Below, one piece after another: positions 10,901 through 18,017 of a stretch of 63,757 bases of DNA. Every line of letters starts with the position of its first letter. The first letter of the stretch is position 1. The notes under the pieces were generated by a model that saw only the letters and a list, made by a program, of their open reading frames with translations, did not search any database and was not told the origin of the DNA. The stretch comes from Bacteroidia bacterium (GTDB lineage: Bacteria; Bacteroidota; Bacteroidia; AKYH767-A; JBBKVM01), in NCBI GenBank assembly GCA_037969175.1, contig JBBKWX010000055.1:1-63757 (forward strand). The letters are read 5' to 3'. The position numbers and the translations under genes are program-made.

Positions 10901-12124
10901 GCGCCAGGAACAGGATTCATTTTTGGTTCTCAAAAGGATATTCGCGATCAGGCGGTAGCCAACAACTGGTTAACAAAAGATACTACATTAAATGTTGCTT
11001 ATCTTACAAATAATACGAAAACATTAAATGGTCGGGCTACTATCGAGCCGGTTCAGAGTTTGCGTATCGAGCTTACGGCAAACAGGACAGAAAGTAATAA
11101 TCAAAGTGAATATTTCCGTGCAGATCAGAATGGGGTATTCCAATCATTTTCTCCACAGGAAGGAGGATCTTATTCAATTTCGTTCCTTACCTGGCAAACA
11201 GCATTTATTAAAGATAACAGTGATAAATCATCTCCTGTATTTGCAAACTTTGCTGAATTCCGCAAGACCATCTCGAATCGTTTAGGCGAACAGAATGCAA
11301 ATTCTATCGGACTTGGACCTGATGGATTCAGTGATGGATATGGTGGTACTTCACAAGAAGTTTTGACCATGGCATTTTTAGCTGCATATACAGGTAAGAA
11401 TGCTGACAATGTGAAGTTGAATATGTTCCCGCAAATTCCATTACCGAATTGGAGAATTACTTTCGATGGTTTGTCTAAACTTCCTTTTGCAAAAGAATTA
11501 TTTTCTTCCGTGAATTTGAGTCATGCATATCGTTCAACATATAATGTGAATTCATTTACCAGTAATCTGAACTATCTCCAGTCAGGAGGCACAAGTCGTG
11601 ATGCGAGCGGAAATTTTGTTCCGAGATATGAGATCGCACAGATAAGCATCTCCGAACAGTTCGCGCCACTGATGGGCATTGATGTAACCTGGAAAAATGG
11701 ATTTCAATCCAGAGTAGAAATTAAGAAAGACAGAACAGTTTCTCTGATCTATTCTCAGGTTCAAATGACAGAAGTTAAAGGAACCGATCTTGTGATAGGT
11801 GCCGGATATCGAATTCGTAAATTCAGATTACCTTTGAAATTGTTTGGAAGTACAACTAATCTGGAGAATGATCTGAATCTTTCTGCCGACTTGAGTATTC
11901 GTAAGAATCAAACGATCATCAGAAAACTGGTAGAACAAACAAATCAGTTGACTGCAGGAACAACAATTGTATCTATCAAGACAGCTGCGGATTATGTCAT
12001 CAATGACAGATTCAATATTCGTTTATTCTATGATCAGACATTAACGAATCCTGCAATATCTTCCAGTTTTCCAACGTCTAATACGAGTGTTGGACTTAGT
12101 CTAAGGTTTACGTTAGCACAATAA
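4961..12124 (+). CDS. sprA: T9SS outer-membrane translocon / cell surface protein SprA
   Basis: 2387 aa; FGGNTIDIRPQGSAEL, YNTEATFDFEN, KKIEAGNV, GDEPISNTIWG, WVNELRL motifs; C-terminal LRFTLAQ; ruvA-sprA-gcvH synteny typical of Bacteroidota. Confidence 0.95.
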   Translation: MNSFIKYFGGMGAAGVMLTGVWAAAPVHLSKNFLDPMTMAPADSDSTTLPYPFPDNIADPFSNSGSQSPMYMGDPSNVNTTIEYDPFDRQYNINQNIGSMFYRNPSYMRFDDFVEQEFRNSTRNYWKQRAGEESQVGRKGLIPKLHVGGQVFDRIFGGNTIDIRPQGSAELVFGANISRNENPSLPEKQRSLSTFDFKEKIQMNVIGNIGDKLKITTNYNTEATFDFENQMKLEYTGYEDEIIKKIEAGNVTLPLTGSLITGSQSLFGIKTALQFGRLTMTSVFSQQKGKTSSVRVTGGAQTSTFDIAADQYEANKHYFISQYFRDNYEIALSNLPIINSPVNINRIEVWVTNRTGVVDNTRNIVAFMDLGERNFYNQGSIIQPNPNAPIYPTDSANTLYSELVTNYNQIRDINVVNTNNGLLQLQPNFTSPTDYEKLENARKLNPAEYTYNARLGFISLNQALNADEVLAVAFEYTVGNTIYRVGDLSTGGINAPSALFVKLLKSTNVSTKLPTWGLMMKNIYSIGAFQVNQKDFRLDVLYFDSNNGNYINYIPAGPTEPRVNGIPLIQLLNLDRLNSQNDPQPDGVFDFIPATTINTANGRVIFPVVEPFGNYLKSKFDTLNSNLFNNYVFNALYDSTRSTAQQQFPQLNKFSLRGSYQSSSSSEIPLNAFNIPQGAVTVTAGGIKLTENIDYTVDYNLGRVKIINQGILNSGTPIDISLESNSLFSIQSKTLIGTRLDYQVNKEFSLGGTILHLNERPLTKKINIGDEPISNTIWGLDGTWRTDSRFITKMVDKIPFIETKAPSQVTVTGEFAQFVPGHPNSISKEGTSYIDDFEGSQSTIDLKNIGSWFMASTPQNQTDLFPEGALSNNLTFGFNRARLGWYIIDPLFYRNNSLTPDHIKNDPNQQSNHYVREVLETEIFPNKESATGQATSLSVLNLAYYPNERGPYNYDVDGLAGFSSGLNADGSLANPTSRWAGMQRRIETNDFEAANVEYIEFWMLDPFIYGNTAGGDLYFNLGNVSEDILRDGRKSFENGLPSPNNVVPTAATAWGLVPQNQSIVNAFDNDEASRAFQDVGLDGLRTIDERTFFDSTYVSRVGQIFGTGSTAYINALDDPSSDNFHYFRGSDFDNGQVTILNRYKRFNNQEGNSPTSSQSTESYPTSSTTIPDGEDINRDNTLSEAENYYQYKVKITPTDLEVGKNFITDKVTATVKLANNNVETVTWYQVRIPVQDPERVVGSIEDFKSIRFMRMFMKGFDSNIIIRFAKFQLVRGEWRKYNFDLSQAGEYVPIDNSSGTTFDVATVNIEENSNRTPIPYVLPPGIDRETNIGTSNLQQLNEQSLVLKTCNLEDGHARAAYKTTQFDVRTYKRIKMFIHAEAGKAGEVLKNGDMSVFIRFGTDFNSNYYEYEIPLTITPDGTTNPDIIWPSSNLMDIELEKMQLVKQQRNVAMQRDPLNFSFITPFTGSDGTNRITVVGNPNLSNVRTIMIGVRNPKKVSLTDGDDGLAKCAEIWVNELRLSDFDESGGWAANARITTKLADFGTVTLAGSRSTFGFGSLEKKVAERSQNDITSYDVSSTLELGKFFPEKTGIRVPMYLGYSETFSNPQYNPLDPDIKLKTALEAAENKTQRDSIIKLTQDYTMRKGVNFTNVKKDRIGSAKAKIYDVENLSLTYAYTEEFKHSINTEFDSRKTYNGALGYNFSAQPKHLTPLSKVNVFGKSKYSKLISDLNFNYKPSTLAFRTDINRTYQEAQVRNTAALNIKLDPTYYKDFRWNRRYEFRHDITKSLKFDFNANNDSRVDEPAGKLDTQAKKDSLWGNFWDLGRNTKYHHTGNVTYALPMSKLPFLDWTTVNARYTVDYDWQAPSLAAINFGNTIQNSNRKELNTQFNMVNLYNKIKVLKKINDEKPKNTGRPLAPSPPKNPADSSKKEKVIPPAVKVVAKFFMGVKNISVNYSETNGTMLPGYTPGYTVLGQDWQQLAPGTGFIFGSQKDIRDQAVANNWLTKDTTLNVAYLTNNTKTLNGRATIEPVQSLRIELTANRTESNNQSEYFRADQNGVFQSFSPQEGGSYSISFLTWQTAFIKDNSDKSSPVFANFAEFRKTISNRLGEQNANSIGLGPDGFSDGYGGTSQEVLTMAFLAAYTGKNADNVKLNMFPQIPLPNWRITFDGLSKLPFAKELFSSVNLSHAYRSTYNVNSFTSNLNYLQSGGTSRDASGNFVPRYEIAQISISEQFAPLMGIDVTWKNGFQSRVEIKKDRTVSLIYSQVQMTEVKGTDLVIGAGYRIRKFRLPLKLFGSTTNLENDLNLSADLSIRKNQTIIRKLVEQTNQLTAGTTIVSIKTAADYVINDRFNIRLFYDQTLTNPAISSSFPTSNTSVGLSLRFTLAQ

Positions 12125-12160
12125 GATATTCACAATTGAATGTGAGATATTAAATAATCT

Positions 12161-12168
12161 TATTTTTG
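12161..12168 (+). promoter_or_regulatory. -7 element TATTTTTG upstream of gcvH
   Basis: TAnnTTTG match 15 nt before ATG 12184. Confidence 0.45.
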
Positions 12169-12183
12169 AACAAATACTTTAAT

Positions 12184-12564
12184 ATGAATTTTCCTGAAGA
12201 ATTAAAATACACGAAAGATCACGAATGGGTAATGATCGATGGTGATATTGCAACTGTTGGTATCACTGAATTTGCACAGGGTGAGTTAGGTGATATTGTG
12301 TATGTTGAGATTGAAACACAAGGTGAAGCACTTGCGGTAGAAGAGGTTTTTGGAACCGTTGAAGCTGTAAAAACAGTTTCTGATCTGTTCATGCCTGTTA
12401 CCGGCGAGATCACAGAAGTAAATACTAAGCTGGAGTCAAATCCGGAATTAGTAAATACGGATCCGTATGGTGATGGTTGGATGGTAAAGATCAAAATGAA
12501 TGATGCCGCACAATCAGATATCCTGTTGAGCGCTGAACAGTACAAATCCTTAATTGGTCAATAA
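12184..12564 (+). CDS. gcvH: Glycine cleavage system H protein
   Basis: [25 protein letters not shown], lipoyl-lysine motif [17 protein letters not shown]. Confidence 0.97.
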   Translation: MNFPEELKYTKDHEWVMIDGDIATVGITEFAQGELGDIVYVEIETQGEALAVEEVFGTVEAVKTVSDLFMPVTGEITEVNTKLESNPELVNTDPYGDGWMVKIKMNDAAQSDILLSAEQYKSLIGQ

Positions 12565-12569
12565 TTCCT

Positions 12570-12959
12570 ATGTTTTTCCGGTATAATATACTGGGTATCT
12601 TATGGATAATTTTTATCCTGATACTCTGTGGATTGCCGGGCAGCGATTTTCCCGATCTCAGCTTCTGGAGTTTATTGTCGTTCGATAAAGTAGCACATGC
12701 TTTTGTATTTGCTGTATTGATAGTCGTATTAACAGTAGGTTTCATTAGGCAATACCGTTTCAGGGGCTTGCGATTCAGAGCGATTGAATCCGCATTCGGT
12801 TTTGGAGTATTTTATTCTGCTTTGACAGAGTACTTACAAGGGGCACTGTTTCATGACCGACATACAGATATCATGGACTTTACAGCAAACGTGATCGGTT
12901 GTGTGATAGGAGTTCTGGTTTTTAAAATGATCTATAGAGGCATACATTATGTCAAATAA
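12570..12959 (+). CDS. VanZ family membrane protein
   Basis: DKVAHAFVFAVL, ALTEYLQ, R..DIMDFTANVIG motifs. Confidence 0.85.
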   Translation: MFFRYNILGILWIIFILILCGLPGSDFPDLSFWSLLSFDKVAHAFVFAVLIVVLTVGFIRQYRFRGLRFRAIESAFGFGVFYSALTEYLQGALFHDRHTDIMDFTANVIGCVIGVLVFKMIYRGIHYVK

Positions 12960-13018
12960 ATACATTAAAGCATGAAATCCTGGTACATGTTTCTGTAATA
13001 ATTATTTGAAGCTTACAA

Positions 13019-13034
13019 TTCCGGACTACCGGAA
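13019..13034. repeat. Short perfect inverted repeat TTCCGG-ACTA-CCGGAA
   Basis: 6-bp stem with 4-nt loop downstream of vanZ; no U-tract. Confidence 0.35.
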
Positions 13035-13231
13035 ACGTTATCTGATTTGAAGGCCTGAATGGATTGTTAAATATAAACCCGTGTTTATCAGTTGATATTA
13101 AATTTTATTAATAAGATTTTGATATGATTTGTGGAATAATTGGATTAGGAACATCATTTAATTAATAGCGTCATTTCATTGTTTGCTTTTAAATTCATAC
13201 AAGTGATTTTCGTTATATTAAATACTAATAG

Positions 13232-13240
13232 TATATTCGC
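13232..13240 (+). promoter_or_regulatory. -7 element variant TATATTCGC upstream of tonB
   Basis: TAnnTTCG variant 24 nt before ATG 13265, after a long AT-rich upstream region. Confidence 0.5.
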
Positions 13241-13264
13241 CCTTCGGGCATAAAAAACAGCCAA

Positions 13265-13972
13265 ATGGAAGCTAAAAAATCTCCCAAAGCAGATCTTGAA
13301 AAAAAGAAATCCGTATTTCTTCAGATCGGTCTTATTGTATCATTAGGTCTTGCTATTCTTGCATTTCAATGGAAGACATTTGATAAAGTTGATTACAATT
13401 TAGGGCAGTTGAAAATGGATGATGTTCCTGAAGAGATCATCCCACTGACTGAGAGAGAATTAAAACCACCACCCCCACCACCACCACCGGCAATTGAGAT
13501 CAAGATCGTTGATGACAAGGTAGAAGTAAAAGAAGATCCTAAGATCATGGAAACTGAGGCTACTCAAGAGACCAAGATCGTTGTGGTCGAGCAAAGAAAG
13601 GAAGAGCCAACAGAAGCTGAGATCTTTACTATCGTTGAACGCATGCCTTCTTTCAGAGGATGTGAAGGTTTAGCTACCGAAGATCAGCGTACATCCTGTA
13701 CCTATAATAAGATCCAGGAATACCTTGGTAAGACTGTTGTTTACCCTAATATGGCTAAGGACAATGGTATCACAGGAACAGTTTATGTTACGTTCGTAAT
13801 TGGATCAGCAGGAGAAGTAAAAGATGCTAAGATCCTGAGAGGTATTGGAGGAGGATGTGATGAAGAAGCTTTACGCGCCGTTCGCGGTATGCCGAAATGG
13901 GGTGCAGGACAGCAAAGAGGTAAGTCTGTAAGTGTACAGTATAACCTGCCTGTTCGTTTCACATTGAAATAA
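13265..13972 (+). CDS. tonB: Energy transducer TonB
   Basis: Bacteroidota N-terminus MEAKKSPKADLE, TM helix, poly-Pro linker, C-terminal YP..A...GITGTVYV.F...CDEEALRAV..MPKW..G.QRGK.V. Confidence 0.9.
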   Translation: MEAKKSPKADLEKKKSVFLQIGLIVSLGLAILAFQWKTFDKVDYNLGQLKMDDVPEEIIPLTERELKPPPPPPPPAIEIKIVDDKVEVKEDPKIMETEATQETKIVVVEQRKEEPTEAEIFTIVERMPSFRGCEGLATEDQRTSCTYNKIQEYLGKTVVYPNMAKDNGITGTVYVTFVIGSAGEVKDAKILRGIGGGCDEEALRAVRGMPKWGAGQQRGKSVSVQYNLPVRFTLK

Positions 13973-13995
13973 GTTCAGATCAATAAAAATATAAG

Positions 13996-14022
13996 AGTCC
14001 TGCTTCGGCGGGACTTTTTTTT
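13996..14022 (+). terminator. Rho-independent terminator after tonB
   Basis: AGTCCTGC-TTCG-GCGGGACT stem-loop followed by a T run. Confidence 0.9.
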
Positions 14023-14085
14023 GTTTTCAGATCTCGATTTTGGATAAAGAATATGAGCATTTAGGAATTACATTCTATGTTCTCT

Positions 14086-14323
14086 TTGTGTCTGTGGTGA
14101 AATAATACCATAGAGAATCAGAGACATTGAGATTCACAAAGAATGAATATAAATCGTATCTCGTTATCTCTATTGTCCGGAAAGTAGATTCTTATAGTTT
14201 GCTTTTTTTTTCATTGTGTCTGTGATGAAATAATACCATAGAGAATCAGAGACATTGAGATTCACAAAGAATGAATATAATTCGTCTCTCGTAATTTCTA
14301 CTGTCCGGAAAGTAGATTCTTAT
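14086..14323. repeat. Two direct copies of a 110-bp unit (14086-14195 and 14214-14323) with internal imperfect palindrome
   Basis: Hand alignment: 6 mismatches in 110 bp, 128-bp period; contains ...TGTCTGTGGTGAAATAATACCATAGAGAATCAGAG... hairpin. Confidence 0.9.
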
Positions 14324-14428
14324 TCGCTTCAATTGAGCTCCTATTATTCAAAAGGAATACTCTATGTAATCTATGGTTAAAAAAGTTCTGATTAAAATCA
14401 TAAAGATAATTCCGGACAACTGTCTTTT

Positions 14429-14514
14429 GTAATTCGTAATTGTGTCAGGAGTATACACCTGACACCACGTATCTCGTAATTCAAATCGTTTCTCGTAATT
14501 CGTAATTCGTAATT
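14429..14514. repeat. CGTAATT heptamer repeats flanking an 8-bp hairpin (REP-like)
   Basis: CGTAATT at 14435, 14475 and tandem x3 at 14494-14514; perfect IR GTGTCAGG-AGTATACA-CCTGACAC at 14442-14465. Confidence 0.8.
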
Positions 14515-14558
14515 TTTTTGATTCACTCTATTATATGCGCTGTCTCTAAGGAATTCCC

Positions 14559-14566
14559 TACTTTTG
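14559..14566 (+). promoter_or_regulatory. -7 element TACTTTTG upstream of deoC
   Basis: Exact TAnnTTTG match 18 nt before ATG 14585. Confidence 0.55.
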
Positions 14567-14584
14567 TTTAGCATTTCAAAAAAT

Positions 14585-15496
14585 ATGATAAATACATACG
14601 CGAATCGTATAGTTGCAGATTCTCCTCCTATTGATCAGATAGGTATTGAAGAAAGGGTCTCCAGGCTTACAAAAAGAAGCATCAAGAAGGAATCGAAAAT
14701 GGTGGCTTTGAAAATGGCCATGAGCATGATCGATCTCACCACGCTGGATGCTAAAGACACACCGGGTAAAGTAAAACAACTCTGTGCAAAAGCACTGATG
14801 CCCGATATGGGAATGCCTGATGTGCCCAGAGTTGCGGCAGTTTGCGTGTATTCCAATATGGTCAGAGTTGCGAAGGAGGCATTGAAGGGAAGTAACATTT
14901 ATGTTGCTGCTGTATCAACGGCATTTCCAAGTGGAATGTCGACACGCAAAGTAAAGATAGAAGAGACAAAATATGCGGTCGCGGAAGGCGCGGATGAAAT
15001 AGATATGGTGATCTCTAGAGGGATGTTTCTGAGAGGAGAATACAATTTTGTATTTGACGAAATAGCCGCAGTGAAAGAAGCTTGCGGAAAAGCACATCTG
15101 AAAGTGATCCTTGAAACAGGAGAATTATCAACCTTGGATAATGTAAGAAGAGCTAGTGATCTTGCTATTGCTGCCGGTGGAGATTTCATCAAAACATCAA
15201 CTGGCAAAATTCAGCCGGCTGCTACGCTGCCGGTTACTCTGGTAATGCTTGAAGCTATCCGGGATCATTACTATAAAACCGGAGTGATGATAGGTATGAA
15301 GCCTGCGGGTGGGATTGCCACATCTAAAATAGCGATGCAATATTTGGTTACTGTGAGAGAAACTTTGGGCGAGGCATGGCTGGATCCAAACTATTTCCGA
15401 TTTGGTGCAAGTACACTTGCAAATGATCTGTTGATGCAGATCGCCAAACTAAAAACCGGTAATTATCAAAGTGCTGATTATTTTTCTAAAGACTAA
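14585..15496 (+). CDS. deoC: Deoxyribose-phosphate aldolase (long type)
   Basis: IDLTTL, GADEIDMVI, LKVILETGEL, DFIKTSTGK (Schiff-base Lys), KPAGGI, RFGAS. Confidence 0.93.
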   Translation: MINTYANRIVADSPPIDQIGIEERVSRLTKRSIKKESKMVALKMAMSMIDLTTLDAKDTPGKVKQLCAKALMPDMGMPDVPRVAAVCVYSNMVRVAKEALKGSNIYVAAVSTAFPSGMSTRKVKIEETKYAVAEGADEIDMVISRGMFLRGEYNFVFDEIAAVKEACGKAHLKVILETGELSTLDNVRRASDLAIAAGGDFIKTSTGKIQPAATLPVTLVMLEAIRDHYYKTGVMIGMKPAGGIATSKIAMQYLVTVRETLGEAWLDPNYFRFGASTLANDLLMQIAKLKTGNYQSADYFSKD

Positions 15497-15511
15497 AGCG
15501 GGAATTTTCAA

Positions 15512-17008
15512 ATGAATAAATCGAACACAAAAAGCAAATTGAAAACCGAACCAAAGCTGAATTTTAACACAGCCTGGGAATATGCACCTGCTCCTGAAAG
15601 TGCTGATCATATTAAGCTTCAAGAGAGTTATGATCTTTTTATAGATGGGAAATTTGTAAAGCCATCAAGCGGGAAATATTTTGATACGATCAATCCTTCG
15701 AATGAAAAAGTGATCGCAAAAATTGCTGAAGCAAATGAGAAAGATGTAGACAAAGCAGTGAAAGCTGCACGCAATGCCTACGATAAATACTGGTCGAAAA
15801 TGCCTGCAGCAGAGCGAGGCAAATATATTTACCGCATAGCCAGAATGCTTCAGGAAAGAGCACGTGAGTTTGCCATTGTTGAATCTATGGATGGTGGAAA
15901 ACCAATTCGTGAATCGAGAGATATAGATATTCCATTGGCGGCCGCTCATTTCTTCTATTATGCAGGATGGGCAGATAAACTGGATTATGCATTTCCGGGA
16001 AGATCGGCTAAACCACTGGGTGTAGCCGGACAGATCATTCCCTGGAACTTCCCTTTGTTGATGGCTGCATGGAAAATTGCTCCGGCATTGGCAGGAGGAA
16101 ACTGCGTGGTATTAAAACCTGCAGAAACAACACCGCTTACAGCTCTTTTACTGGCAGAACTGATCCGCGAGGCAGATCTGCCGCCGGGAGTAGTAAACAT
16201 CATTACAGGTGCAGGAAAGACCGGCTCAGCCCTGGTTTCTCATCCGGATATTGATAAGATAGCTTTCACAGGTTCTACGGATGTAGGCAAGATCATTCAG
16301 AGATCTATTGCCGGAAGCGGAAAGAAGTACACCCTTGAATTAGGTGGAAAAGCAGCGAATATTGTTTTTGAAGATGCTGCCATTGATCAGGCTGTCGAAG
16401 GAATTATCAATGGGATCTTCTTCAATCAGGGACATGTATGTTGTGCCGGAAGCAGATTGTTTGTGCAGGAGTCGATTCAAGATACCGTAATACGCAAACT
16501 TAAAGACAGACTGGAAACCCTGGTTATTGGCGACCCGCTGGATAAGAACACGGATATTGGTGCGATCAATTCCAAAGAGCAACTGAATAAGATCCAGGGG
16601 CTTTGCAAGACCGGAGTTAAAGAAGGTGGCGAGATGTATCAGTCATCCTGCAAATTACCGGGCAAAGGATTTTGGTTCAAACCAACTTTGTTTAGCGGTG
16701 TTGCTCAATCGAGTACCATCGTGCAGGAAGAGATCTTCGGACCTGTTTTAGCGATTCAGAGTTTCAGGACCGCTGAAGAAGTGATAGAAAAAGCTAACAA
16801 TACCCCTTATGGATTATCCGGAGGAGTATGGACAGATAAAGGCTCAAAAATATTTAAAGTAACATCCAAGATCAAAGCCGGGGTTATCTGGGCAAATACC
16901 TATAATAAATTTGATCCTACATCCCCTTTCGGAGGATACAAGGAAAGTGGTGTTGGGCGTGAAGGAGGATTGCACGGAATGGGTGCTTATGTAAATTTGG
17001 ATAAATAA
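15512..17008 (+). CDS. NAD-dependent aldehyde dehydrogenase (full length), probably acetaldehyde-oxidising
   Basis: IIPWNFPL, KPAE.TP, FTGST, LELGGK, FNQGHVCCAGSR (catalytic Cys), EEIFGPV. Confidence 0.93.
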   Translation: MNKSNTKSKLKTEPKLNFNTAWEYAPAPESADHIKLQESYDLFIDGKFVKPSSGKYFDTINPSNEKVIAKIAEANEKDVDKAVKAARNAYDKYWSKMPAAERGKYIYRIARMLQERAREFAIVESMDGGKPIRESRDIDIPLAAAHFFYYAGWADKLDYAFPGRSAKPLGVAGQIIPWNFPLLMAAWKIAPALAGGNCVVLKPAETTPLTALLLAELIREADLPPGVVNIITGAGKTGSALVSHPDIDKIAFTGSTDVGKIIQRSIAGSGKKYTLELGGKAANIVFEDAAIDQAVEGIINGIFFNQGHVCCAGSRLFVQESIQDTVIRKLKDRLETLVIGDPLDKNTDIGAINSKEQLNKIQGLCKTGVKEGGEMYQSSCKLPGKGFWFKPTLFSGVAQSSTIVQEEIFGPVLAIQSFRTAEEVIEKANNTPYGLSGGVWTDKGSKIFKVTSKIKAGVIWANTYNKFDPTSPFGGYKESGVGREGGLHGMGAYVNLDK

Positions 17009-17014
17009 GATCAG

Positions 17015-17953
17015 ATGGCAAAGTCAACAAAAGAAGCTCCAAAGCAAGCTTTGATAATAAAGACCAGTGAGAATGGTAATGGTACCTCTGCTTCAGGCAG
17101 GCTTCAGGTAAATAAGACCTATAAATTATATATAGACGGGAAATTTCCAAGATCGGAATCGGGTAGATATTTGATCATGAAAAATGCGGAAGGGCAGACC
17201 TATGCAAATTATTGTCAGGCCAGTCGCAAAGATTTCAGAGATGCTGTAGTAGTTGCGCGCAAAGCGCAGGAAGGCTGGGCTAAGCGAAGTGCATACAACA
17301 AAGGACAGATCCTGTACCGAATGGCTGAAGTGCTTGAAGGTCGCACGGCTCAGTTTGTATCCGAACTTGTAGATCAGGGGATGGATAAAGGGCATGCGCA
17401 GGCAGATGTGAGAGCATCTGTAGACAGATTGGTTTATTACGCAGGCTGGACAGATAAATTCATTCAGGTTTTTAGTTCTGTAAATCCGGTTGAGAGTTCA
17501 CATTTCAATTTCTCTGTTCCGGAGCCAACAGGAATCGTTTGTGCTTTAGCACCTGCTAGTCCGGGCTTATTGGGATTGGTTTCTGTAATGGCACCTATTA
17601 TTGCAGGCGGAAATGCTGCGATCATTCTGGCATCTGAAAAATATCCGCTTACTTCCATCACTTTTGCCGAAGTGCTTAACAGCTCGGATCTTCCGGGTGG
17701 AGTAGTGAATCTGCTTACAGGCCACAAGAAAGAATTGCTTTCGCATTTTGCATCACATATGGATGTAAATGCCTTTGTTTTAGCCGGTCAAACCGGAGCT
17801 GAAATGAAACTTGCTCAGGAAACGGCTGCTATCAATGTGAAGCGAACCATTGATTGGGAATGTTCAGATTGGTTTGCAGGTTCAGCAGCTTCTCCATATC
17901 ACATCATGGATTGCCAAGAGATAAAGACAACCTGGCATCCCATAGGTTTGTAA
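17015..17953 (+). CDS. Short aldehyde dehydrogenase-family protein lacking the catalytic domain
   Basis: LYIDGKFPRSESGR, YYAGWTDK, EPTGIV, GGNAAII, LPGGVVNLLTG present; no ELGGK or catalytic Cys segment; ends KTTWHPIG. Confidence 0.8.
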   Translation: MAKSTKEAPKQALIIKTSENGNGTSASGRLQVNKTYKLYIDGKFPRSESGRYLIMKNAEGQTYANYCQASRKDFRDAVVVARKAQEGWAKRSAYNKGQILYRMAEVLEGRTAQFVSELVDQGMDKGHAQADVRASVDRLVYYAGWTDKFIQVFSSVNPVESSHFNFSVPEPTGIVCALAPASPGLLGLVSVMAPIIAGGNAAIILASEKYPLTSITFAEVLNSSDLPGGVVNLLTGHKKELLSHFASHMDVNAFVLAGQTGAEMKLAQETAAINVKRTIDWECSDWFAGSAASPYHIMDCQEIKTTWHPIGL

Positions 17954-17974
17954 CCTGAAATCACCATTTTTTAG

Positions 17975-17982
17975 TAATTTCG
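17975..17982 (+). promoter_or_regulatory. -7 element variant TAATTTCG upstream of the sulfate/PAPS operon
   Basis: TAnnTTCG variant 35 nt before ATG 18018. Confidence 0.4.
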
Positions 17983-18017
17983 CCAAATTCGCCCCGACAT
18001 GTTTGGGGCGTTATTTT

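Noticed and set aside
12960-13231. Long AT-rich gap before tonB as an sRNA or Fur-box region
   Set aside because: No convincing 19-bp Fur palindrome or structured RNA with terminator could be identified by eye.
13466-13489. (CCA)n-like run
   Set aside because: Encodes the normal poly-Pro linker of TonB.
14086-14323. CRISPR array
   Set aside because: Only two 110-bp units with an 18-bp gap; wrong repeat and spacer sizes, and no cas genes.
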